Positions 45,445-53,641 of a stretch of DNA of 64,000 nt are shown here, piece by piece (within the stretch, counting starts at the first letter, position 1; each line of letters opens with the position of its first letter). Both the position numbers and the translations under genes were made by a program. The notes beneath the pieces were generated by a model. The model ran no database searches and was not told where the DNA came from. It worked only from the letters and a program-made list of their open reading frames with translations. Origin of the DNA: a virus (lineage: Duplodnaviria; Caudoviricetes); IMG/VR virus record IMGVR_UViG_3300032373_000001; one strand, 5' to 3'.

Positions 45445-45909
45445 ATGACCCTCTTGCCCACTCCCTACGGAATCAACGTCGTTGACGTTGAGCGTCCTGG
45501 CGTGACGTACCTGCGGAACGTGAAGTGCGAGGACGAGGCCGAGATCAACGGCCTCCTGTTCGTTCGCTTGAGCGACACCGAGACGCTCGTCCAGAACGTG
45601 TTCTCGGCTCCTGAGTACATGCGCGACCCGATCGTCATGCCCCGCCAGGACGCGATCCGCCTCTTCCGCGACACTCTCAAGAGCGGCTATGGCCGCATCG
45701 GCAGCGTGCGGGACCTCCGCAAGGTCCTGCCTCTGTTCTTCTTCCCGGACGTCGAGGGCGCGTACTCGGATGCGGTCCGGCGCCTTCGTCAGCGGGATGG
45801 CGGCATCCCCAACCACAACACGCGGCGGCAGCTGCGCTCCCACCTCCGCACCTGGGAGTCAGGCCAGCGCAGCGGCGCGGAGATCATCCCCGTCCTCCGG
45901 AGATTCTGA
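45445..45909 (+). CDS. hypothetical protein
   Basis: GGAG RBS before ATG 45445. Confidence 0.7.
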   Translation: MTLLPTPYGINVVDVERPGVTYLRNVKCEDEAEINGLLFVRLSDTETLVQNVFSAPEYMRDPIVMPRQDAIRLFRDTLKSGYGRIGSVRDLRKVLPLFFFPDVEGAYSDAVRRLRQRDGGIPNHNTRRQLRSHLRTWESGQRSGAEIIPVLRRF

Positions 45910-45960
45910 GTCCCCGGCCCCCCGACCCCTGACTGTTCGTAACGACCCCCGGAGACCTCA

Positions 45961-46302
45961 ATGAAGACCCTGACTGTCGAAGTCACCCGCGAAATCACCA
46001 TCAAAATTCGCCGGTTCGACAAGAATGACTGGCGGTTCTACTCCAGCTGCCCCCCGTTCGGCGACGGCAGCGCCCCGTTCCTCGCTGAGGTCGAGGACGT
46101 CGGTACAGTCCTCGCCGACAAGTCAGGCTTGTTCTTCGAGCTGCTGGACCCCGGAGCCCTCAACGGCGTCACCCAGTACGGCTACAACATGACCCTCAAC
46201 CCCTCCGAGGCAGAGCACGCGGTGGAGATCTTCGCGCAGTTTGTCGCGCAGGGTCAGCGCCCTGAGTCCTTCTTCGGGACCCCCCGAAGGACCATCACCT
46301 AA
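45961..46302 (+). CDS. hypothetical protein
   Basis: 113 aa, GGAG RBS. Confidence 0.7.
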   Translation: MKTLTVEVTREITIKIRRFDKNDWRFYSSCPPFGDGSAPFLAEVEDVGTVLADKSGLFFELLDPGALNGVTQYGYNMTLNPSEAEHAVEIFAQFVAQGQRPESFFGTPRRTIT

Positions 46303-46356
46303 GACATTCCCCGTACGAGGCTTTGAGCGCCGCGTGCTGTCCCCGCTGAAGGGGCG

Positions 46357-46794
46357 TTGGCGCTCAAAGCCTCTCACCGCTATTCAGTACACCACCGCCT
46401 TGGGAGCACTGTGAACACCGTCTGGCAAACCGCAACCGTCGTTGGGTCCCTCGTTGACCCCGCCCAGCACCAGGGAGAACTGTCCCCCATCCTGGGCACC
46501 TTCCCGGACGACCGGCCCCTCCACGAGACCTGGCTGGCTCGCTACAAGAACGGGCAGGGACGGCCCGTCAACCAGCGGCTGAACCTCTATCTCTTCATGG
46601 AAGAGGGCAACCCTGTGTGGGTCCTCGGTGTCCGCCTCACCTGCCTCGACCAGCGCGGGGACCAGGGGATGAGCCGGAGCTATTTCGAAGTCCGGGATAC
46701 CTTCAACCTCTTCCGGAAGCTGACCTACAAGACCTGTTTCCGGGATATCCACCCGCGCCTGACCCACTTCCTGTACCGCACGGAGGTCGCGTGA
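46357..46794 (+). CDS. hypothetical protein
   Basis: 145-aa ORF, start uncertain. Confidence 0.6.
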   Translation: MALKASHRYSVHHRLGSTVNTVWQTATVVGSLVDPAQHQGELSPILGTFPDDRPLHETWLARYKNGQGRPVNQRLNLYLFMEEGNPVWVLGVRLTCLDQRGDQGMSRSYFEVRDTFNLFRKLTYKTCFRDIHPRLTHFLYRTEVA

Positions 46795-46924
46795 CCCTCT
46801 TCGAGACCCTGGCTTCCCTGCAAGACTGGCAGATTATGACCCTCGGGAGCGGGGCTCTGGTCCGGCCCCGCTCCCCCTGTATGGTCTGGGGGTTCCAGCA
46901 CTTGCCCGACCGTAAGCAAGACTG

Positions 46925-47104
46925 ATGATCGCACTCACCACCACCAACCTCCTCCTCTGCACCGTCGGTGCCGGAGTCAGCCTCGGTGCTGCCGTCACCC
47001 AGATCGTTATCGGTCGCCGGGGAGGCCCGTTCTACCTCACGGGCTACCTGGCTTCGGTCTTCGGTGCCCTCCTCTTCGCCCTCCTCGCTTTTGGAGCAAC
47101 CTGA
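46925..47104 (+). CDS. small two-TM membrane protein (59 aa)
   Basis: Hand-translated: MIALTTTNLLLCTVGAGVSLGAAV...LASVFGALLFALLAFGAT; TGATG overlap with the next gene. Confidence 0.6.
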   Translation: MIALTTTNLLLCTVGAGVSLGAAVTQIVIGRRGGPFYLTGYLASVFGALLFALLAFGAT

Positions 47105-47427
47105 TGGGCAACAAGAACGACGATGCCAGCAGCACCCTCGCTCAGTGGAGCGATGCCATCGCCTTGACGGGCCGGGAATCTGCAACCAAGACCGCACGGG
47201 GTCGGGAGGTGCGAGAAGCGCTCGAAGCCCGAACCCCGCTCAGCGAGAACGCGAAAGCGCTGATGCACGCGGTCTTCGACCACCACAGCGAGATGGAGAA
47301 CCTGCGCTGGCACGGCGTCGCGGAAGGGGCGGAAGAAGCCGTCTTCCAGCGCCTGACCCAGGCGCGCATCCTCCTCAACGAGCTGGCTGACCTCTCCGCA
47401 GCCCTCCTCAACACTGACGCCGAGTAG
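47104..47427 (+). CDS. hypothetical helical protein
   Basis: 107 aa. Confidence 0.7.
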   Translation: MGNKNDDASSTLAQWSDAIALTGRESATKTARGREVREALEARTPLSENAKALMHAVFDHHSEMENLRWHGVAEGAEEAVFQRLTQARILLNELADLSAALLNTDAE

Positions 47428-47436
47428 GACACCGCT

Positions 47437-47970
47437 ATGATCCACGACTACGACGTGGAAGATCACCTCCACTTCCTCAGCAAGACGGAGTTCGAGGACC
47501 TCTGCGACAAGCTCCAGGAGAACCCTCGCAGCTACAGCCGCCAGCGGGGACTGGTCTGCGACTACGACGAGCGCCTGATCGCCTATATCCTGGTCTCCCA
47601 GCGGGGAGGTTTCGCGGCAGTCATGGGTGGCTTCTCCCCCTCCCAGAAGGCGCGCCTCCTGAAGCGCTTCGAGCACTGGGCGGTCGCCTTCGACCGCCTC
47701 CCCGAGTATGTGGAGGAATGTGACCTGGCCTTGGCCATCCTGGGGATCCTCCCGCTCGACAAGGAGCCGACCATCTACGACATCCCCCTGACGATGGCCC
47801 CTTGGTTCGAGGACCTGGACCACCTCATCCGGTTCCACAACGAGGCTGTGGACCGTTGGACCGCCCGCTGCCCCCAAATCCGGAGTGGGGGGCATCTCCA
47901 CCCTGCAACCCACCCCCATTGGGCACAAGAAGGCGTGTTCACTCCTGAGGACTTGCTCCGCCACTTCTGA
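47437..47970 (+). CDS. hypothetical protein
   Basis: 177 aa. Confidence 0.7.
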   Translation: MIHDYDVEDHLHFLSKTEFEDLCDKLQENPRSYSRQRGLVCDYDERLIAYILVSQRGGFAAVMGGFSPSQKARLLKRFEHWAVAFDRLPEYVEECDLALAILGILPLDKEPTIYDIPLTMAPWFEDLDHLIRFHNEAVDRWTARCPQIRSGGHLHPATHPHWAQEGVFTPEDLLRHF

Positions 47971-47993
47971 TCGGGTGCCCCGTAAGGGGGGGT

Positions 47994-49001
47994 ATGCATT
48001 TGACCTCTCTTCAAGCCGTTCCGCTCCGCTACCGGGAGATGCTCTGCAACCAAGAGCCGGGATATCTCCGCACAGCCGCCCATGAGAAAGTCATGAGGAT
48101 GCTGTTCCCCTCCACCTTCGAGAAGGCAGAGAGCGCCGACTACCGTCCGGACTCCCCCCAGTATGCTCGCATTCGTGCCGAGATGCGCGACTGCTTGATC
48201 CTGCTGGAGGGGGTTCGCCAGTTTTACATGCGCGGCGGCAAGATCTATGAGTACGATGAAGCGGATGCCACCAAGGTGATGAACCACTTCATCGAGCCTC
48301 GCGCCTTTGAGCTGGCCCCGCCACCCAGTCCCCTCTACATCCGCAACGGGGACTTCGGTGCACTCCTCTTCGGCTTCTGCCGCCGTAACGGGGAGCTCGG
48401 CTTCGCTGTGGGCCTCGAAGGGGAGGCTGGGTGGAGCTGGGGCATGTTCGCCGTGGTTCCTGGAGCACCCTTGCATCACCTGACTTGGTGCAGTGAGGGT
48501 GCTTCTGCTTTGATTCGCACGGTCTTCAAGCAGACCGCCATGTCCTTTCTGTACTTGTACTATCCGCTGCAGCAGGAGGTCATCGACTTTTACGTCCCCA
48601 AGAAGCGGAAGAAGAAGGTCCGCAGCGGCCGTCATGCCAAGCGGTTGAGGGCCTTCCACACGCAGCCCCGCAAGGTGGTCCGGGTGGACTTTGGCCGCTT
48701 GGCCACCATCAAGCGGAAGCCCTTCCCTGGCACCAAGCCGCCTTCAAAGAAGAACCCCTCGGGGGGAGGGGGGAGTGCCGCTTTCCGGGGCAGTTACTTC
48801 GTCGGCCCACACTACAAAGACGTCTGGGTCACTGAGGAGAACCTGACGGAAGATGAGAAGCAGACTGCTTCCGACATCAAGGAAGGGAAGCGGAACAACT
48901 ACCTCTACAAGGTTAAACGGCTGGCCAACAGAGAAGGCTACCACGTGGGGGAGTACTTCACATCCACCGCTCAAGTGCGCCCTGCGGACAAGCTGCTCTG
49001 A
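47994..49001 (+). CDS. hypothetical protein with a basic C-terminal region
   Basis: 335 aa; PKKRKKKVR and YFVGPHYKDVW. Confidence 0.7.
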   Translation: MHLTSLQAVPLRYREMLCNQEPGYLRTAAHEKVMRMLFPSTFEKAESADYRPDSPQYARIRAEMRDCLILLEGVRQFYMRGGKIYEYDEADATKVMNHFIEPRAFELAPPPSPLYIRNGDFGALLFGFCRRNGELGFAVGLEGEAGWSWGMFAVVPGAPLHHLTWCSEGASALIRTVFKQTAMSFLYLYYPLQQEVIDFYVPKKRKKKVRSGRHAKRLRAFHTQPRKVVRVDFGRLATIKRKPFPGTKPPSKKNPSGGGGSAAFRGSYFVGPHYKDVWVTEENLTEDEKQTASDIKEGKRNNYLYKVKRLANREGYHVGEYFTSTAQVRPADKLL

Positions 49002-49026
49002 TTTCGGGGCCTTGGTCCCCCCGTAA
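48999..49026 (+). promoter_or_regulatory. class-1 promoter motif
   Basis: Exact motif; its TGA doubles as the upstream stop codon. Confidence 0.7.
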
Positions 49027-49054
49027 CTCAAGTGCCCCCTGCTGGAGTCTGACC

Positions 49055-49342
49055 ATGGACCCGTTGACCGCTGCCTATTCGACCGACGAGCTGACCTGGG
49101 ATGGTCAGCTGCGGCTGTTCACCTCGTCGGGCAGCAAGCTCCGGTGGCAGCCTGGACCCGAAGGCTTCATCGGGCCGGATGAGATCGTCTTGACCAACCC
49201 GGCCACCGGCGAGTCCTGCACGTTCAACCTGACGCGCCGCTACCGCTACCCCGACAACAACGACATCTTCCGCTACGAGTACGTCTCGGAGGGCAAGCAC
49301 CACTTCGACGGCGTGCTCCGAATTTACATCCGCAACGCCTGA
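49055..49342 (+). CDS. small beta-rich protein (paralog of 63613..63849)
   Basis: W...R.F...S.L...P..IVL....TGE...F pattern. Confidence 0.7.
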   Translation: MDPLTAAYSTDELTWDGQLRLFTSSGSKLRWQPGPEGFIGPDEIVLTNPATGESCTFNLTRRYRYPDNNDIFRYEYVSEGKHHFDGVLRIYIRNA

Positions 49343-49406
49343 ATGTAAGTGGGGGAGTGGCGTCCCCCACGCCACTCCCCCTGGCCCCAACCCCAAGGAG
49401 CCCTCG

Positions 49407-49739
49407 ATGCCTGAACAGTACCCCCCACCGGAAGAGCCCGGTGGGGATTTCTTCAACTTCCAGTACTGGGCCGCGAAGTCAGACCAAGAGGGCATGCCTC
49501 AGGAGGCGGCGGTCTTCGACTGGGGCGGTGCTCTTTACATCCCGCTGCGTCCAGGCAAGCAACTCGACTACGGGGATGAGGTCTACGCCTTCGGGCTGAG
49601 GACTCGACGCGGGGAGTGGGTGGTCCGCATCCGCAAGGCAGGGGCCGTCACGATGCACAGGATTCCGGAAGACCCTGGAAGTGGGATCCGGGTCCCCCTG
49701 TGGCTTGCCGTTGAGCGGTTGTGGGGGTCTCTGCCGTAG
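49407..49739 (+). CDS. hypothetical protein
   Basis: AAGGAG RBS. Confidence 0.7.
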   Translation: MPEQYPPPEEPGGDFFNFQYWAAKSDQEGMPQEAAVFDWGGALYIPLRPGKQLDYGDEVYAFGLRTRRGEWVVRIRKAGAVTMHRIPEDPGSGIRVPLWLAVERLWGSLP

Positions 49740-49741
49740 GC

Positions 49742-50440
49742 TCAGAGGTATTCGTGGGTCCCCTCGCGGCAGAGCTTGATGTAGACCCCCTGCAGGGCAG
49801 CCTTCTCTATCGCCAAGTGGATCCTCCGGGCAATGAGCTTGCCTCGCTGAGGATAGCCCCACTTGTACGAGACGGTGAGGTAGAGGTACTTCTCGTCTCC
49901 GCTTACCTCCCCGCTGATGCCCAGCCCCCAGTAATCCAGGATCTGAAGGTCTTCCAGCCACTCCGGGTAGTTGGCATCCTCCTGGGCAGAGATGCCAGTG
50001 AGCCATCGGTCCTTCCACTCTTGCCGCTTCAAGTAGAGTACCGTGTACTCTACGCTCACTTCTGCAGAGGTTCCGGCAGCGTGGTCGAAGATGTGCCCTA
50101 CAGTCCATTCGTGCAGACCTTCGCAGTCAACGCTGTGTCCGTATCTGGCCGTTGCAAGGTCTGGGTCGTAGCTGGTGCGTGCCCGGAACTGAACCGACTG
50201 CCCCTCAGTCTTCTTGAGCACCGCTGGGCAGTACGGCGGTCGTGGGATCCCAGCTTCCCGCAGGGGGATGCGAAGGGTCCCAGTGCTGTAGCGGTCTCTC
50301 CGCCGCTTCTTGCTGAGCAGCCACCGCTCTACGGTGCGCCGGTTCAACGGTAGAACCGGCGCAAGATGCCCGGCGGAGGTCCCTTCAGCAGTCGGAGGTC
50401 CGCGCCACTCCCCTCGACAGGGAAGCGCAAGTATGCCCAC
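49742..50440 (-). CDS. hypothetical protein
   Basis: 232-aa ORF, start uncertain. Confidence 0.55.
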   Translation of the reverse strand: MGILALPCRGEWRGPPTAEGTSAGHLAPVLPLNRRTVERWLLSKKRRRDRYSTGTLRIPLREAGIPRPPYCPAVLKKTEGQSVQFRARTSYDPDLATARYGHSVDCEGLHEWTVGHIFDHAAGTSAEVSVEYTVLYLKRQEWKDRWLTGISAQEDANYPEWLEDLQILDYWGLGISGEVSGDEKYLYLTVSYKWGYPQRGKLIARRIHLAIEKAALQGVYIKLCREGTHEYL

Positions 50441-50483
50441 CCCCGCTGCCGGATTCCCTTCTTCAAGGAATGCGCCCGGAGAC

Positions 50484-50729
50484 TCACGCGATCCTCCCTC
50501 TCAGGCTCCCCCGCTTCTTGCGGGGTCGGATGAGGTCTTCCAGTCCATGCGCTGCCAGGACCTCTCGGGTCTCCGGGGCAACAGGTCCGGGGATCTGCTT
50601 CCAGTATCCCTGCAAGACCTGTTTCAGGTCGCTGAGGTCATCCAGCACCCGCGAGCGGAGGGGCCCGCTCATGTTCTTGGCTCGTGCCTGGAGTGCATCA
50701 GCCGCTGCTCGAATCTGGTCTTGGCTCAC
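50484..50729 (-). CDS. small hypothetical protein
   Basis: GTG 50729 overlaps the upstream stop (GTGA). Confidence 0.6.
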   Translation of the reverse strand: MSQDQIRAAADALQARAKNMSGPLRSRVLDDLSDLKQVLQGYWKQIPGPVAPETREVLAAHGLEDLIRPRKKRGSLRGRIA

Positions 50730-51289
50730 GAGTCCTGAACCATGCAGGACTTCTTGAAGGGGACGGGGAAGCAGGGGCCCTTCCGCAGGTCGAATCGGAG
50801 CCCCTCCCCTTCGGGAACCACGCCCACGATCCGGTCGGAGTTGCGCACCCACACCGGAGCACCCAACGGGCCTTCGCTGTCGGGGCACGAAGACTCAACG
50901 ACCACCAGGGCCAGCCGGTTGCTGCGAGCGTACTCCTTCATCGAAGGCAGCACCAGACCCCACTGAGCCTGCGCCTGCTGGTGGCGGGTCATGCGACGCT
51001 CTGGGGTGCCCGAGACATCGGCCTTGGAGGGGGCGCAGAGGACCTGAACCTCGCCGTTGGTGACGGCGATGCTGCGAGAGATGCCAGCGAGGTCTGCAGG
51101 CGAGTGGACTGCAACCTTTGTCAAGTCGATTGAGTAGACGTCGGAGGGCAGCCGGCAGAACATCGTGTAAACCCGCTGCAGGGTCTCGTTGCCCCCAGCC
51201 ACTCGGACCAGCAACAGCTCGCCGGAGTGGATCCCTCCGCCCAACAGTCGGTCCAACGGGGCATGCTCGGTGGTGTAGATTCGGCTCAT
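50726..51289 (-). CDS. degenerate RecA/DnaB/KaiC-fold protein (no intact Walker A)
   Basis: TTEHAPLDRLLGGGIHSGELLLV then AGGNET instead of GxGKT; MKEYARSNRLALVVV; NSDRIVGV. Confidence 0.6.
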   Translation of the reverse strand: MSRIYTTEHAPLDRLLGGGIHSGELLLVRVAGGNETLQRVYTMFCRLPSDVYSIDLTKVAVHSPADLAGISRSIAVTNGEVQVLCAPSKADVSGTPERRMTRHQQAQAQWGLVLPSMKEYARSNRLALVVVESSCPDSEGPLGAPVWVRNSDRIVGVVPEGEGLRFDLRKGPCFPVPFKKSCMVQDS

Positions 51290-51427
51290 CTTCTTCCCTC
51301 CGGCAGCGCTTACCTGCCGCTCAGTATTGGGGGTTGGATTTTGACTTTCAAAATTGGTGCGGACTACATGCGCAGAATAGCGGGGTGGGGACCCCACCCC
51401 GCCGGTTTCCGGTCGGTTCTGGAAGGG

Positions 51428-51628
51428 CTACTGGGAACCAGCCCTTCGAGCGTTGCTCTGTGCCCATTTCCACAAGAGCACCTTCTGAAGCCCCGTCATC
51501 TGGTTGTAGACTTGGAATGCCTTCCTGGGGCTCCAGAGGCGCTCCACGAGCCCTTGGCAGTACAGGTCCGAGGTCTCAGGTACGGCAGTATCCGGGGATG
51601 CGCGGGGGCAGGGATTGATGGGGTTCAC
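51428..51628 (-). CDS. small hypothetical protein
   Basis: 66 aa. Confidence 0.45.
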   Translation of the reverse strand: MNPINPCPRASPDTAVPETSDLYCQGLVERLWSPRKAFQVYNQMTGLQKVLLWKWAQSNARRAGSQ

Positions 51629-51683
51629 GGTGCGTCTCCGAGAGGTGTTTAATGTAGGTTACCTCTCGCCAGGGGTCCGCGAA

Positions 51684-52169
51684 TCACTTCTTGGTCCGGA
51701 ATCCCACGCGGGGGGTGGCCGAAGAAGAGAGGGCCTCGAACACCACCTCTTGGTCGGGGTGTTCCAGAATCCCCTTGAGCCCTTCCGGTTGGACCAGCCA
51801 GGTGACCTTCTTGCGGAACACGGTGGGGAAGTCGTCCCCCAGCGCGGACTGGACCGCGTCCATGTCCGCCCCGCGCTTCACCCGATAGGCGGGCTTAACG
51901 AACGTGACGGTGATCCTGCCCGTCGGAGTAGAGTATTCCACCTGACCGCCATTCAGCGCCTGCTCAGGTTGCTTCTCCGCTGCGTCTTCGCGCAGACGGG
52001 TCTTGATGTCCTCCTTGTACATCTTGGCGGCGTCTTCGAGCCTTGTCAGGGCCAGGGCCAGGGCCACTTCATCCTCCAGCCCTGCCTCCTCGCCCTTGGC
52101 TTCCACCTCTTCGATTCGCTGGAGCAGGGCGGTTGCGCCGTCCCGCAAGCTGTCGGTCACCGGGCTCAT
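51684..52169 (-). CDS. hypothetical protein (helix + beta; Gam/Gp157-like shape)
   Basis: Acidic helical N-half, GRITVTF, ends TPRVGF; family guess only. Confidence 0.55.
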   Translation of the reverse strand: MSPVTDSLRDGATALLQRIEEVEAKGEEAGLEDEVALALALTRLEDAAKMYKEDIKTRLREDAAEKQPEQALNGGQVEYSTPTGRITVTFVKPAYRVKRGADMDAVQSALGDDFPTVFRKKVTWLVQPEGLKGILEHPDQEVVFEALSSSATPRVGFRTKK

Positions 52170-52170
52170 C

Positions 52171-53139
52171 TCACGACCCCTTCGCGGCGCAGGCCAAGTG
52201 CAGGGAACCCTTCGTGGGGATCAGGATTGCCTTCTCCCCCGACCGGATCTGCTTGCGGCAAGTGCTGCAGAGCAGGTCCGTCGGAGCCTTGATCAAGCGA
52301 CCTCCGTGGAGGTCGCTCCCCAGGGCGGGGCCGTCTTCCTGGTGGTCGTCTTGGGTCGGGGCCTGAGCCGGAGCGGATGGCGTCGGGGTCGACGGCTGGC
52401 CCACCTGCGAGCGGGCAGCGCGGACCTCTTCGTCCCAGGTGAGGTCCAGCTGGCTGGCCAGCTGGACGAGGCGCTGCTGGCCCCTGCGAGCGCACCACTG
52501 CGCCAGCGGGCACGTACCGCACGCCTCGTCTTTGTTGGAGAACCAACCGAAGCACTGCGTCTTCTGTGCGGTGGCCTGCCGCACCAGCGGGTCCCCGTAT
52601 GCTCCGACGTCGCTGCTGGCCTCGGCGAGCGCCGTGGGGTCGGCGCTCGCCTTGCCGATGTTCACGACCTCAACCTCCTCCGGCAGCGGAGCGGGAGGAC
52701 CGGCCGGTGCGGGCGAGGGCATGGAGGGCTTCTTAGTGTTCTGGGTGGTGTTCTGGAGCGGGTGGTGCCCCGGAACTCGGGGGCTCAGGGGCACCGTCGC
52801 GCCTCGGAGGCTATAGTACCCCCGCTTCTTCTTGCCGTCGCCGTCCTTCCAGGGGAACGTCTCTGGGTTGGTTGCGTGGATGGTGGCCTCTTCGAACCCC
52901 CAGAAGTGTTCGTTTGAGATTCCATCGGTCTTCCCAAGCGGCCAACCCAGGTGGTTGCACACCGAACGTGCGTCCTTGCGGGTGAACGGGCTCCACCCGT
53001 ATGCCTTGAACTGCTTGATGACCTGCCGCCAGGTCGTCCGGTAGTTGGTCGGGGTGTTGAGGTCCACAGCCGGGCAACCGGCCTCCTTCACGCGGTCCAC
53101 GAAGAAGGCGATCTGGGCCTGGGTGAGCTGAATTTTCAT
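52171..53139 (-). CDS. multi-domain Zn-finger protein
   Basis: N-domain shared with 17796; CFG...CGTCPLAQWC; C-terminal CSTCRKQIRSGE...GSLHLAC. Confidence 0.75.
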   Translation of the reverse strand: MKIQLTQAQIAFFVDRVKEAGCPAVDLNTPTNYRTTWRQVIKQFKAYGWSPFTRKDARSVCNHLGWPLGKTDGISNEHFWGFEEATIHATNPETFPWKDGDGKKKRGYYSLRGATVPLSPRVPGHHPLQNTTQNTKKPSMPSPAPAGPPAPLPEEVEVVNIGKASADPTALAEASSDVGAYGDPLVRQATAQKTQCFGWFSNKDEACGTCPLAQWCARRGQQRLVQLASQLDLTWDEEVRAARSQVGQPSTPTPSAPAQAPTQDDHQEDGPALGSDLHGGRLIKAPTDLLCSTCRKQIRSGEKAILIPTKGSLHLACAAKGS

Positions 53140-53209
53140 GCGGGATGCTCCTTATCGTGCGCGCGCAGCGCGGCGGATGTAGAGTTGGGGTGGCTCGGGG
53201 CCACTGTCA

Positions 53210-53237
53210 TTACGGTCAAAATCTACGGCGGAAATCA
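53210..53237 (-). promoter_or_regulatory. class-1 promoter motif
   Basis: Exact motif. Confidence 0.75.
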
Positions 53238-53260
53238 ACCCGCCATAGAAATTATAGAAT

Positions 53261-53638
53261 TCACGGGGATGCCGCAGGGTCGGAGGTCAACTGAAAGGAC
53301 ATCCACACTGCTTCGGCGGTGACGGCCATTCGGTTGATCAGTGCCCTGCTGACCTCGTTCCGCCGGATCGAGTAGATCTGCGCGTCGAGCCATCTCTCGT
53401 CGGGGCGGGACCCCACCACCTTGAACACCACCCGACCGGGGATGCTCCCTCCAGTCGGCAAGGTGAAGTTCTTCTCGATGACCACCGTCAGGCGGGCGGG
53501 CTTCATGTTGCAGTTGCAGTTTTCCCCTGGGATGGCAGGCCCGGAGAATGCGAAGGCATGGGCATCCTGCTGAAGGGCCTGGAACTCAGACCATCCCAGC
53601 CCCCGGAAGTACTGCGCCACCTCTGTTGCGGTGTGCAC
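53261..53638 (-). CDS. hypothetical protein
   Basis: 125 aa. Confidence 0.65.
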   Translation of the reverse strand: MHTATEVAQYFRGLGWSEFQALQQDAHAFAFSGPAIPGENCNCNMKPARLTVVIEKNFTLPTGGSIPGRVVFKVVGSRPDERWLDAQIYSIRRNEVSRALINRMAVTAEAVWMSFQLTSDPAASP

Positions 53639-53641
53639 GGC

